The translations under genes were made by a program, and so were the position numbers. The notes beneath the pieces are model-generated. The model was not told where the DNA came from and made no database searches. It saw only the letters and a program-made list of their open reading frames with translations. From Actinomycetes bacterium (GTDB taxonomy: Bacteria; Actinomycetota; Acidimicrobiia; Acidimicrobiales; RAAP-2), in the NCBI GenBank assembly GCA_021831035.1, contig JAKBNL010000006.1, positions 37,652 through 101,651 of the forward strand: a DNA stretch of 64,000 nucleotides, written 5' to 3'. Numbering within the stretch: the stretch's first letter is position 1; the number at the start of each line of letters is the position of its first letter. Shown in pieces: positions 9,897-20,675 of the stretch.

Positions 9897-11192
9897 CTAG
9901 AACCGGGGCGGATCGGCGCGGCGGCGGACGCGGCGCACCGCGATGACGCTGCGCGCGTAGGCGAGGGGACCGTAGGCCATTCCCATCGCGTGGAGGAGGG
10001 CCGTCGTGCGCGGGTAGCTGGGTGCGGCGCTGAGGGATCGGGGCGTCGAGGGGCGGAAGAACATCTTGAGACCACGGGGCAGGCGCCGCAGGATCCTCCC
10101 GAGATGGCGAGGGTCCTCCGCGGCCAGCGCGCAGTACAAGGCGGTGAGGCCGACGCCGTAGCCAAAGACCTGCTCGCGGAACTCGTGGGGGGTCCGTCGA
10201 TGCGAGTGGCGCACCAGCGCGGAGGGGACGAACGCCACGGTGCCGCCGAGCAGGAGGACCTCGATGAAGACCTTGAGGTCTTCCGCGCCGCGAGCGATGG
10301 TCCCGGCCCCCAGTCGCACGTCGAATCCTCCAGCGCGCTGGAGGGCCGCCCGTCTCACGGCCATGTTGTTGCCGGCACCGAAGCGACCCGCGGCGTACGG
10401 GAAGAGGGGGTCGGTCTTCCCGACGAGCGCGACGCTCCAACGCTGCGGCGTGAAGGTCTTGGTGAAGCCGCCGAAGAACTCTTCGAACCACAGCTGGGCC
10501 TCGGTGTCGAGCTCGGCCGGACGGACCATCCCGCCCACGGCGTCGACGTCGGCGTCGGTGGCGAAGGCCACGCCCAGGGCGCGTAGCCATCGTGGGTCGA
10601 CCTCCACGTCGTCGTCGGTGAACGCTACGATCTCGCCGCGGGAACTGGCCGCACCGCGATTGCGCGCCGATGACGCACCCGGGAACCTCTCAACCTCGAT
10701 CCGGACGTTCTCGAGGTCACTGAACGGTGGTATTGGGTCGCCGTCGCGGCGACGGTTGTCGACGACGATCACCTCGAAGGAGGGGTAGTCGCACGCGGCG
10801 ACCGAACGCACCGCCCGATCGAGGAGGTCGACGCGACGATAGAGCGTGGGGATGACCACCGACATGGTCGGCAGGGCGTCGTCCGGGACACGAGAGAGGT
10901 CGGCGACCTCGGCGTCGCGGTACTCGAGCGCGATCCTCGCGACGTCGTCGTCGCCCAGGCCCTCGGATCCGAGAAGACGCTCGCTGACGCCGAGCACCTG
11001 GCCGGAGCGGAGCACTTCCAGCCAGATCCGACCCGTCGGCGACGTCGCGCTGTCTCGCTCTTTCGCGTCCAGGTCGAGCCGGACGAGCCGGACCGGGCTC
11101 GGTCTTTCGTCGTCGGGGACTTTCACGACGTCCACGATACGTTTGCCGGCGGACGCCGGATCGTCACGACGTGCGATGGAGGAAGGGACCAC
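9897..11192 (-). CDS. Glycosyltransferase family 2
   Basis: SVVIPTL, VIVVDN, ARNRG, AFTDDD, GAEDL motifs. Confidence 0.92.
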   Translation of the reverse strand: MVPSSIARRDDPASAGKRIVDVVKVPDDERPSPVRLVRLDLDAKERDSATSPTGRIWLEVLRSGQVLGVSERLLGSEGLGDDDVARIALEYRDAEVADLSRVPDDALPTMSVVIPTLYRRVDLLDRAVRSVAACDYPSFEVIVVDNRRRDGDPIPPFSDLENVRIEVERFPGASSARNRGAASSRGEIVAFTDDDVEVDPRWLRALGVAFATDADVDAVGGMVRPAELDTEAQLWFEEFFGGFTKTFTPQRWSVALVGKTDPLFPYAAGRFGAGNNMAVRRAALQRAGGFDVRLGAGTIARGAEDLKVFIEVLLLGGTVAFVPSALVRHSHRRTPHEFREQVFGYGVGLTALYCALAAEDPRHLGRILRRLPRGLKMFFRPSTPRSLSAAPSYPRTTALLHAMGMAYGPLAYARSVIAVRRVRRRADPPRF

Positions 11193-11235
11193 TTACTCTG
11201 TTCCCATGACCCAGGCTCGAAAGTGAGTTAGCGTC

Positions 11236-12102
11236 ATGGGACCGCGTGTGTCAATCGTTGTGCCCGCGCACAATGAAGTGTCGAGGGTCGGCGGGCTGCT
11301 CGACGATCTCTCGGGCCTCGTGGCTCGGGGCGTCGCCAGTGTCGTCGTGGTGTGCAACGGGTGTACGGACGACACCGCCAAGGTCGCTAGCAGTCGAGAG
11401 GGTGTGCACGTCGTTGAGATTGCCCCTCGGGGCAAGAGTCACGCTCTTAACGCCGGTGACGTCGAAGCCGGCGACGTATATCCTCGGCTCTACTGCGACG
11501 CCGACGTTCGCATTGACGAGACGTCGGTGATCCAATTGACTCGGGCCCTCGACGGGGAGAGCGCGCGGGCGGTTGGACCGCGGGTGAACCACGATCTCGC
11601 CAACGCACACTGGATTGTGCGCCTCTTCTACGAAGCACTCGGTGCCCCAGTGGTGGCAGGCTGGATCAATCGCCACCTCGTGGGCCGTGGACTCTACGGC
11701 ACGAATAGGGCCGGGCGTGCTCGCTTCGGTGAGTTCCCGCTCCTCATCGCCGACGACCTCTTCTTTGACGCTCAGTTCGACGAGGGCGAGCGCGTCATCG
11801 TTGCGGCGGCGCAGGTGACCATCCCCGTCCCGCTGTCGTTGCGCGAGCTGCTTCGCCGTGAGATTCGGGTGGCGGCGGGAAACCGTGACCTCTTTGTCCC
11901 ACGAGCCCGGTCAGAGCTGACCCCCTATCTCGAAGTTCGCGCGGACAACTGGCGAGATCGCGCTGCCAACTTCGCTCGCTGGTTCCGTCAGGTTCGCGCG
12001 CGTGACATAGCACCGCTGGCCGTTTACTCCGCGGTTGTGGGGACCAGCCGACTATTACTCTTCGTTAGGAGCTGGCGAGGCTCGAGCCTCCCGTGGCGCT
12101 AG
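11236..12102 (+). CDS. Glycosyltransferase family 2
   Basis: SIVVPAHNE, VVCNGCTDDT, GKSHALN, YCDAD. Confidence 0.9.
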   Translation: MGPRVSIVVPAHNEVSRVGGLLDDLSGLVARGVASVVVVCNGCTDDTAKVASSREGVHVVEIAPRGKSHALNAGDVEAGDVYPRLYCDADVRIDETSVIQLTRALDGESARAVGPRVNHDLANAHWIVRLFYEALGAPVVAGWINRHLVGRGLYGTNRAGRARFGEFPLLIADDLFFDAQFDEGERVIVAAAQVTIPVPLSLRELLRREIRVAAGNRDLFVPRARSELTPYLEVRADNWRDRAANFARWFRQVRARDIAPLAVYSAVVGTSRLLLFVRSWRGSSLPWR

Positions 12103-12737
12103 ACGCCCCGACGTCAATCCACTGATCGCCCCTCACGACCCTCGGCTCTCGCCGGCTGGTGCGGCCCGGTGGAACGAACGTCCGGTGTCGCGATGGACGT
12201 CACGACGTGGGCGACCGTGATCTGGGGTGCCCCTCTAGCGGGGGTGACGGGGCCACGCCGGGCTGACGGGCGGCCCGGGCCCGGATCGTCTACTCGTCGA
12301 AGTCGGGCCCCGTCACGCGAGAAGACGGCGCGGGCTCGGCGAAGCCGACCGTGGGTTGTCGCGTCGACGGGAGCGAACCCATCGCAGCGTGCGACCCGTT
12401 GACCGTCCACGCGGTGGCGGAAGATGACTCCGGCTGCCGGGACGCCGTGGTCACGGCGCCTACGCCCCCTCTCGTGTTCGCCGGCCGTGAAGGCGGTGAC
12501 CACGGGTTCGAACCGGGGGGAGCGGGCACGTGCGACCGTTGGGGCCCGCCTCGCCAAGATGACGTGAGAGCTCGGAGGCGCCGTCGGGCGACTCCTCGCA
12601 CCCACCTGCTGTTGGGGTGCGCGGCTCTAGCCGGGGCGGCCGGTGGTCTCTCGCGCTCTCGCTGGGTCGCCGACGCCACTCAAGGGGACTGCACCGCCCA
12701 TAGGTGTCTCGACCCTGATGGGGCGCCTCAACTCCGA

Positions 12738-14000
12738 CTACGCGACCGGCACGCTCTCAATCCGTCGGTAGCGACGAATGGACATTGGGAGAAACATGAG
12801 CGCGGTAAGACCGGAATACACCAGAGACGCGATGCCAATTGAGTTGATGCCGTAGTGGCCGAGAAGCAGCAGAACGATGAGGACATAAACCACGCTGAAG
12901 ACGACGTTGCGAGCGGTGAGCCACCACACCCGCTTGTCGAGCCAGGCGAAGGTGCTATAGAACACCATGACGGCCACACCCGAGAGGGAGATCAGGAGCA
13001 TCCGCATCAGTGCTGTGCCGTGAGCGGCGTAACCCGCTCCGAAGACACGAAGGTACTCGGGCGCGAAGATGACGCCCAGCACGATCGACGGGACGAGAAC
13101 GACCGTCAAACCCTTGATGGCTGAATTGGCATGTTGTCTCAGTGCATGAGGCTCGTGCGAGGCCTCAACGAGAAATGAGCGTGCGATGCTCCAGGCAAAA
13201 GTACCAAGACTGTTGGAGATCATCGCGGGCAAGTAGTAGTACGCGTTCTCCACGGCGCCCAAGCGCTGGATCACGAGAAGCGTCACCAGGGCAGGTAAGA
13301 AAACGGTCGTCAAGACCGAAGCGTACTGCGCACCCGAGAGGATTACGAGCTCACGCGTCGTGGGGAGGTCTTCAGTACGGGTAGACGCCTCAATGTGTCC
13401 AGGAATCCGAACGCGGAAGAGATACAGCGAAACGAGCGCATCAGCGACGATGACCGGGATGACCCACGAGATAATGGTGCCCTGGGCCTTCGAGACAATG
13501 AGGAAGCAGGGGAGCAGCGCGAGTTTCGCTATGCCGTAGCCGATGTTTTCAACGGCGACCCATCGAGATGCCCTTAGTCCAATCAGGGCGGAATCTTGTA
13601 GCGCAAAGATAGTCCACGCAATCACGGCGACAAGGAAGAACGCCTTACTGGCTATACCCTCCTCGAGGAAGTGGTGCCCGAAGCCCAAGACTTCGTATCC
13701 GACGCTAAAGACCAATGCCGTCGACAGGGTCAAAACGTAAGAGCGTGCGATGAAGCGTCGCGTGAGTTCCCCGGCTACGGGAAGGAAGCGCTCGAAAATC
13801 GATCCGAAACTGAGTTGAGCAATTGTGGCGAGTAAGACCATTGCCGCAATTTCGGCCGTCGTCTTTCCAATGACTGACGTTGGTGCGAGTCGTGCGGCGA
13901 GCACCCAGAACGCGACCCCCAACAGCGCCGACCCTCCCGAAGACACCATCAGCGCGATGGCGTTTTGGATGAGGCGATTTTGCCGTAGCGGGTGTTTCAT
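12738..14000 (-). CDS. Wzx-like polysaccharide flippase
   Basis: Many TM segments with MATE/Wzx-type spacing (GVAFWVLAARL, FERFLP, AYYYLP). ATG at 14000 preferred; the ORF track starts at 14129. Confidence 0.8.
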   Translation of the reverse strand: MKHPLRQNRLIQNAIALMVSSGGSALLGVAFWVLAARLAPTSVIGKTTAEIAAMVLLATIAQLSFGSIFERFLPVAGELTRRFIARSYVLTLSTALVFSVGYEVLGFGHHFLEEGIASKAFFLVAVIAWTIFALQDSALIGLRASRWVAVENIGYGIAKLALLPCFLIVSKAQGTIISWVIPVIVADALVSLYLFRVRIPGHIEASTRTEDLPTTRELVILSGAQYASVLTTVFLPALVTLLVIQRLGAVENAYYYLPAMISNSLGTFAWSIARSFLVEASHEPHALRQHANSAIKGLTVVLVPSIVLGVIFAPEYLRVFGAGYAAHGTALMRMLLISLSGVAVMVFYSTFAWLDKRVWWLTARNVVFSVVYVLIVLLLLGHYGINSIGIASLVYSGLTALMFLPMSIRRYRRIESVPVA

Positions 14001-15282
14001 CAACTCTCGAGACTTATTTGGCACCAACTTGCTCCCGGCAAAATAGGAACGTCGCTCCAAACGCTTGTAGGCAGGGTATCCCGAAGTCCGTTGCACGTTG
14101 AGGTCACCAGGGTGCCGTGTCGCCCTCACCCTTGGCCCGGGCTACTGGGTCCCTGCGGTCGGGCCTCCGCCCGAGGAGTACTCCTCGCCTACCCGATGCC
14201 CTGGGTCACTCTCGAGTGCGATGGCGTTGCCGAAGGGAACTGACTCAGTGAGATGCGGGTGTGTGATAGCGCTCTCCCACGGGACTCTTCGGGTTCCAGC
14301 GCGCAAGGGTACCCGGACCACCCCCGCCGCCGACGTCGTGACGACCGCATCGGCTTCCCCGGAGGTGACGACGTTGATTTCGTCGTTCGACGTTGCCGGT
14401 CACCAGATGCAGATCGATCGATTGGAACTCCGTCTCGCCGAGCCGCGGTCTGTTCGAGAATCCACCCTGAGAAGGGAGCCCTTCCCCCTACGTGACCAAA
14501 TCGCCAGCGGATGAGCGAACTACTGGAACGACGCCGTGGTGATCGACGCCTCGGCCACGGCCACTGTGACGGAATGTGGTGGGAGGTGACCGATCGACAG
14601 TGGCCGCCGCCCCGGGTCCGTCGAGGTATCCGAACTGCACGACGGTCACCCAGATGAGCCCGGGGTTGAGGGGCGAGCCCTTCGACCCGAGGTTCTCGAT
14701 GTCCTCGTGGCGAGCGAGGGCAGAAACGGACTTGTTCCACGACGTCGGTCACGCCGTCAACTGCTTGTCCACCGCTGGATAACCGTGTCCCCGTCGTCCA
14801 ACTCACCGAGCGGGCGCGTACGCGAAAGGTCTGCGGACGGCCGTTCCGGCTATAAGGGGTTGCAGGGCTCGGGGCCCGTCGCGACGGTCTGCGCTGGACG
14901 GGCACGTGTGGTCGCCAGGGGCGAGAGCCTCTCTCACTCACAACGCCGCGTTGGCGTAGTGGCACCCGATTCTCGAAGCAGACACGGTGCATCGGATGTG
15001 GCTGCCACCCGAGGACATCGTGCCCGTCGCCGTCTCGGATAGAGCGCATGACAGGCGAGTTCGCCGGTGCGGCCTCGACAAACGCGCACCAGGAGCGTGC
15101 GCGGGACCGCGCATCTCGTCACACGGCGTGTCACTCAGAATCGACGCCGACCAGAGTGGTTACAAGCCACTCCGATCGATGGGCCGTGTAGATTACCTCC
15201 AACGGTGTGGCGATTCGGTTCTGAACCTCAGTCGAAGGGGTGTGATGCAGGTGATGCTCAGATTGCCGAGCCACCTTCGGCT

Positions 15283-16413
15283 GTGACGGCCACCGTGTCG
15301 TGGAGGAAGAAAGTCGCGTCCCGCATCGCCGATGCGCTCTTTGACCGCCGGCAACGGCTTAAGAGGACCTACCTGACTCGAGTCGCGGGTGAGCTCGTCG
15401 GGGTCGATCAACGGCTCAAGTGCTTCGTGGATGGCTCAGGGGAGTTCGCGGTGGCACGGAACAACTCGCGAATGGCGATTGCGGTGACGGAGACGCCGGT
15501 AGACGGAAGCTATCTAGTTCTGAAGTCGGGAACGGATGTCGCCTCAAGGCGAGAGCTCGATGTTGAAACGGCTTGTCTCAGCCAGATTAGGAGTGATCTC
15601 CTCGGGTCGGGATTCCTTGCGTATCTCCCTGAACGCATTGTCGCCCAACCCGATGGTCCTCTGCCCTTTATCGTCTACGCTTCCCCTTCGAGGTACACCG
15701 CGCTGGATGTGGCGCGCGCAGGTGGACTAGACGAGGATCTGATCACTGATGCTCTCGACACTGTTAGACGGTTGAAGGAGGAGACCTCGGTCATCGCTAC
15801 CGCCGACCCGTCCCTCATTGAGAGGACAGTCGGACGAAGGGTCGACGTCATCCGAGAGCAATGGGGGGGAGCCTTCTTCTGGAGAGAGGATCAGAGCCGC
15901 CTCAATGTGCTACGGAGGGAGTTGGTCGCGTCGTTGGAAGGCTGTCGGGTCGAACAAGGATGGCAGCACGGGGACTTTTCACTGGGCAACGTCCTCATCG
16001 ATCCGGTACGTCGCCGCGTGGCCGGCATAATCGATTGGGGTGGAAGTGCCTCCGACGAGATTGTCGGCGTCGACCCCTCGCTCTTCGCGCTCAGTGTGTT
16101 TGCCTTCCGCACGTCAACTGATGTGAACGCCAGTGTCGCACGTCTCGTCAAAGTCCTTGCGAGTCCCACTGAGAGGAGTGAGGACGAGCGGCGAGTGATC
16201 GAACGGATGAAGGAAGCGTGGCCCACGACTCAGGACCTGACTCTCATGCAGGGATTGGTGGTGACCTGGCTATATCACGTCGCCCACCTCTTCAAGATTC
16301 GATCCCCGAATGTCTTGGCTCCGGGACACTGGGTTCAACGAGAGAGCTCTCGAGCCCTCCGAGCCGTTGTCGAGTGGGGAATCCCGAACCTTCGGGCGGG
16401 CTTCAGGTCCTAG
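15283..16413 (+). CDS. Aminoglycoside-phosphotransferase/choline-kinase-like protein
   Basis: Brenner motif HGDFSLGNVL and IIDWG. The start is uncertain; the ORF is open from 15067. Confidence 0.75.
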   Translation: MTATVSWRKKVASRIADALFDRRQRLKRTYLTRVAGELVGVDQRLKCFVDGSGEFAVARNNSRMAIAVTETPVDGSYLVLKSGTDVASRRELDVETACLSQIRSDLLGSGFLAYLPERIVAQPDGPLPFIVYASPSRYTALDVARAGGLDEDLITDALDTVRRLKEETSVIATADPSLIERTVGRRVDVIREQWGGAFFWREDQSRLNVLRRELVASLEGCRVEQGWQHGDFSLGNVLIDPVRRRVAGIIDWGGSASDEIVGVDPSLFALSVFAFRTSTDVNASVARLVKVLASPTERSEDERRVIERMKEAWPTTQDLTLMQGLVVTWLYHVAHLFKIRSPNVLAPGHWVQRESSRALRAVVEWGIPNLRAGFRS

Positions 16414-16551
16414 CGGTTAGCACGCGATCATGAGATTGCTGGTGCGGGCCCCGACGGGTTCGTGGTGCCGCATCTCAACCGCGTGAAGGGGCGTGAATCC
16501 AGGGTGGCACCGCGTCACTCGCTCCCGACGCCGCCCTCGAGCCCAACGCAC

Positions 16552-17451
16552 CTATAGGTGGAAGAGTCCAACCATGGTGCGGGCGGACTTCGCACCGGCG
16601 AGGGGCGAGAGCCGAAGGAGTTGCTCGGTGGTGCGCAGCAGCGAGTAGTGGGTCAGGTAGGCGCCGACCTTGAGTCCGCGCGGCACGCTCGGGGCGATCA
16701 CAATGGTGGGCACGTGGTTGGTGGAACCCGAGGTGTTCTCGTCGAAGGTGATCGCGAGGACCAAACTGCCCGAGCGGTACTGGGGACTTGACAGCACTTT
16801 GGGGACGAAGGTGCGCATCCACGTGTCGCCCGCGGCCACCGAGCAGTCGTGCATGTCGTGGCACAGGTTCGGAGTGACGAAGGTGAACGGCTGGGTGAAC
16901 GAAGGCTGCGCGGGAAGCGGAACGTCGTTGCGAGCACACGTCGCACCGAGATCGGTGAAGTACGCCGCAGGGTTGTGCTTGGCGGCGTACTCACCGGCGG
17001 AGACCTTGTCGCAGGGCGTGGGCATCGATTCCACGTAAGAGCGCCACTTCCCGTTCAACTGGGAGAAGATGCTCTGAGCGGCGAGGGGATGGCTAGCCGG
17101 ATCGTTGTCGTCGCTGATGCCCTGAGCGGAGCCGGAGGTGAGGGCGATGTAATTGGGCAGGCTGGGATGCGTCGTTCCGTGGTAATTGGTGGCGAGCCCG
17201 CATAGAGAGATGAGATGGTTGAGGTACGGCGCCTCGGGTGAGCCAACGACGCCGTAGCCGACATTCTCGAGAACTATCCAGACAACGTGCTGGTAACTCT
17301 GCGTTGCGGCGTGGACACCGCAGGGTTGCGCCACGGTTGGCGCCGTGTGTGCCGCGGACGCAGTCGTGGCGGGAAGGGTCACCAGAATGCTCGCACAGAG
17401 GATGGTCGCTCCAACTACTGCGCGGCTACGGATGCGGGATCGTATTCTCAC
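16552..17451 (-). CDS. Secreted phosphoesterase (acid phosphatase/alkaline phosphatase superfamily)
   Basis: Signal peptide MRIRSRIRSRAVVGATILC...ASA; IVLEN, THPSLPNYIAL, KHNP, TPNLCHDMHD, ITFDE. Confidence 0.88.
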   Translation of the reverse strand: MRIRSRIRSRAVVGATILCASILVTLPATTASAAHTAPTVAQPCGVHAATQSYQHVVWIVLENVGYGVVGSPEAPYLNHLISLCGLATNYHGTTHPSLPNYIALTSGSAQGISDDNDPASHPLAAQSIFSQLNGKWRSYVESMPTPCDKVSAGEYAAKHNPAAYFTDLGATCARNDVPLPAQPSFTQPFTFVTPNLCHDMHDCSVAAGDTWMRTFVPKVLSSPQYRSGSLVLAITFDENTSGSTNHVPTIVIAPSVPRGLKVGAYLTHYSLLRTTEQLLRLSPLAGAKSARTMVGLFHL

Positions 17452-17681
17452 GCCCGCGAGATTAGGTCGACACCACGGATATTGGGTGTCGGGTCTCGCC
17501 CCGCTTCGCGGGGCGGTCGTGGCCACGCCCAACGCCGCTCCACCGCTGACGGGAGCCACCCTGGAGCACGGGCGTCGACGCCTCCTGGGGGCGCGTGGCC
17601 CCACGGGCGTGTCGAGATGGCGCGCCTCGACGGGCGCACTTTCGGGGTCGAGGACGGGTGGGCCTAATCTAATATGGGCCA

Positions 17682-20333
17682 GTGAGGGACGTCGATCTCC
17701 TACTGGAGCTTGACGACCTCATCGGACGGTCGTGCGCTGAGGCGGCGGCGGGACGATGGCTCGACGCGTACTTACTGGCCGCGGGCGCCTGGCAGGTCTG
17801 CGAGGACCGTCACGTCGGTACGGGCTTAGCTCAACTTTCGGTGCTGCGTCACACCGCGGCTCACCGGTCACGACGTGCCCTTTCGGTTGTTGAGCAACTC
17901 TGGAGGGCTCGTGAATCGTGGTCGAGGACTCGCCGCCGATGGGGCCGTGGGCGACGTCTAGATCGCACCGAGACGATCCTCACCGAGGTCCTCGTGACTC
18001 TCGCGCGCCGTGTCCTTACCTCCACGACCGTCGACACGGACGCTGAGATAGTGGATCGGCTGGAGGAAGTGAAGGGTCTGGTGGGGCGTTTGCCCGGTCG
18101 AGACAGGGCGAGCGTATGCACGATGCCGTCATCCTTCCGCAGCTTCGACCAGCGACCCGAGGATGTCCTGACGTTGGTCGAGCGGCTCATCGCGGTGCGA
18201 GGGTACCCCGAGGCACCGGTCGTCGTAGGCGTTCGGACCTCAGGTGCGTATCTCGCCCCCTTGGCACTGGCCGCGCTGGAGGCGCGCGGAGTGGAAGGCG
18301 CGTCCATAATCTCAATGCGCCCGGGTGCCCACCTCAATCCGTACGCCCTATCCAGAGTCCGCGCTCGCGGCGCCGAGTCGTCATTCCTCATCGTCGACGA
18401 TCCACCCTCCTCTGGTTCTGCGCTTGCGGCAGTCGCTCGCGGGCTACGCCGCTTCGTGGCCGACGCCGACAAGGTGACGTTCCTGGTCGCGACGATCACC
18501 GAGGACGGTTCGCTGCCCCAAGAACTGGATGACTTTCCCAGGGTGACGCTGCCCTGGGAGGAGTGGAAGATCCACTCGGAGCTCGCCGTGCCCAGGCTGG
18601 AGGGTGCCATCACGTCAGCCCTGTCAGCCAACGAGCGAGTCGTCTCGCTGGAGATCGTCGGCCCTGTCGCCCTGACCCGTCGGGAACACGTTCGAGTGAC
18701 CGTCCGCGCGACGGTGGCGACCGCGGACGGTGACGTTGATCAAAGGCTCCTCGCCGTACGCGGCGTCGGCCTCGGCTATCTCGGGCGCGATGCGCTGCGA
18801 GTGGCGGAAGCGCTGGGGGGACTCGTGTCTCGACCCCTTGCGATGGTGGGTGCCCTCCTCGTCGAAGAGCCACTGGATGGGGACGGAGACGCGCCGCCCC
18901 CGTCACCCGTGGTGGTCAAGTATCTGGCTCGACGGGCAGCGACCCTCGGCGTGGCGAGAGACCGCAGCGGCGACCGAGGGCTCTCGGCGAGTGTCAGTGG
19001 CGTGGCGTCACTTCTCATGGTCCGCTCGCTAGGGCCGCGCGCCTCTTTGGTTGCGGCTCGCGTGCTCGGTCCGGCGGTGCGTCTCGTTCTTCGTGCAGAG
19101 CACCCCGCAGTGATTGACGGCGCCATCGGCCGACAGCATTGGGGGAAGCGCGAGGGACGCTGGGCCAAGCGCGACTACGCCGACGGGGCCTTCTCCAACA
19201 GGGACCTCGCGTGCTACGACCTCGCGTTTGATCTCGCGTCGTCGGCCGTCGACGGAGACTCCGAGCGTGAGCGGACGCTCCGAGCTCTTTACGCCGAGGC
19301 AGTAGGGGATCAGATTGACGAGTGCCGATGGCTGCTCTACACGCTGGTGGCCTTGTGGGATCGCCATCGCGCAGGGGAGCTCGATCGATTCGAGTACTCT
19401 CGTCGCCAATCCGCGGCCGTGGTCAACTTTTTGTCCGAGGTCTATCTCGGCGACCTCGCCCCCGTTCACAGTGGCCCCGTGGTAGCGCTCGACCTCGATG
19501 GGGTCCTCGAGACGTCCGGTGGGAGTTACTCGGCACCAGGAAGGCTTGGCATGGTGTCGCTTCGGGCCCTTCTGGCCCACGGCTATCAAGTCATCGTGGC
19601 GACCGGGCGGAGCGCGACCGAAGTGGTTGATCGGGTCCGACCCCTACGCCTCGCGGGGGGCGTTGCGGAGTACGGATCGGCCATCGTGACGGCCGATGGC
19701 GACGTCCACGCCGTGATTGACGCGGGTGCCCTCGATGCCATCTCGCACCTTCGCACCCGGATTGCCGCGCTCAATGAGATTGACGTCGATCCTGGATTCT
19801 CCTACTCCATTCGGGCCTCACATAAGCGTCACCTCGGGCGACTCTCGAGCGGTGAGATGCAGCAGCTCGTCCGCTGCATTGAGTCCGACGGAAGGGCGGA
19901 TCTCCAGTTGATTCGAGGGGACAACCAGGTCGACCTGGTGGATAAGGGAGTCAACAAGGCGGCGGGGGTCGCCGCGCTCATTGGGCGCGACGGAAGTGAG
20001 GGTCCCCTCGTTCGTCTGGCCATGGGCGACACCGCCGCCGATCGCCCACTCCTTGAACGCGCCGAGCGTGCGGTCGTTCCCCGTAACGCCGTCGGGGAGC
20101 TTCGTCGGGACCGGTTCACCGTCACGGCGGGTCGATTTCAGGCCGGTGTCGTCGAGGCTGTCACTCGCGAGATCGGGCACCGACCGGGGGAGTGTTCGAT
20201 CTGCCGGCTGCCGTCGATACGTCCCGAAGCGGATTTGATCGCCAAGGCACTCTCGCTCGCCGAAGCCGGAACGTGGCCCGGGTTACTTCGGACCTCACGA
20301 CTGCTCTTGTGGGAGGCGCACCGTCGCGGGTGA
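17682..20333 (+). CDS. Multidomain protein: PRTase-like + kinase-like + HAD-IIB phosphatase
   Basis: PRPP-binding-like LIVDDPPSSGSAL. Complete HAD motifs ALDLDGV, ATGRS, NKAAG, GDTAAD. The kinase-like middle (IDGAIG...KRDY...DLAFDLA) is a weaker call. Confidence 0.75.
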   Translation: MRDVDLLLELDDLIGRSCAEAAAGRWLDAYLLAAGAWQVCEDRHVGTGLAQLSVLRHTAAHRSRRALSVVEQLWRARESWSRTRRRWGRGRRLDRTETILTEVLVTLARRVLTSTTVDTDAEIVDRLEEVKGLVGRLPGRDRASVCTMPSSFRSFDQRPEDVLTLVERLIAVRGYPEAPVVVGVRTSGAYLAPLALAALEARGVEGASIISMRPGAHLNPYALSRVRARGAESSFLIVDDPPSSGSALAAVARGLRRFVADADKVTFLVATITEDGSLPQELDDFPRVTLPWEEWKIHSELAVPRLEGAITSALSANERVVSLEIVGPVALTRREHVRVTVRATVATADGDVDQRLLAVRGVGLGYLGRDALRVAEALGGLVSRPLAMVGALLVEEPLDGDGDAPPPSPVVVKYLARRAATLGVARDRSGDRGLSASVSGVASLLMVRSLGPRASLVAARVLGPAVRLVLRAEHPAVIDGAIGRQHWGKREGRWAKRDYADGAFSNRDLACYDLAFDLASSAVDGDSERERTLRALYAEAVGDQIDECRWLLYTLVALWDRHRAGELDRFEYSRRQSAAVVNFLSEVYLGDLAPVHSGPVVALDLDGVLETSGGSYSAPGRLGMVSLRALLAHGYQVIVATGRSATEVVDRVRPLRLAGGVAEYGSAIVTADGDVHAVIDAGALDAISHLRTRIAALNEIDVDPGFSYSIRASHKRHLGRLSSGEMQQLVRCIESDGRADLQLIRGDNQVDLVDKGVNKAAGVAALIGRDGSEGPLVRLAMGDTAADRPLLERAERAVVPRNAVGELRRDRFTVTAGRFQAGVVEAVTREIGHRPGECSICRLPSIRPEADLIAKALSLAEAGTWPGLLRTSRLLLWEAHRRG

Positions 20334-20675
20334 GGGCTCGTCGGCGTGCACCGCGTGACTCGACGCGCGCGATCAGGGGCGTCGCCGCGTAACGGGTTAC
20401 CCCAGACGACTGAGCCAACGAGTGGCGCGTCGACAGCGCGGGCGTAGACCACCCGGCCGATGGCCCAAGGCTAGTGATCGGCGAAGGTTGGAGACGGCCC
20501 ACCCCGAGGGACTGCATCGTGTGGAACCAGGACGTGAACGGCGACACGGGTGTCGCTGACCACTGACGATCGCGGATGGTGGGTGATGCGGTGATTCATC
20601 TGGTCTAGTCCGGCGTCTCGATGTGCGTCGAACGGCTTGGGGATGCGGAGGTGCGACGGCTATCATCGCGCCGTC

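Noticed and set aside
14098-15049. ORFs in the gap between the flippase and the kinase
   Set aside because: No recognisable domains and no consistent starts; at most degraded fragments.
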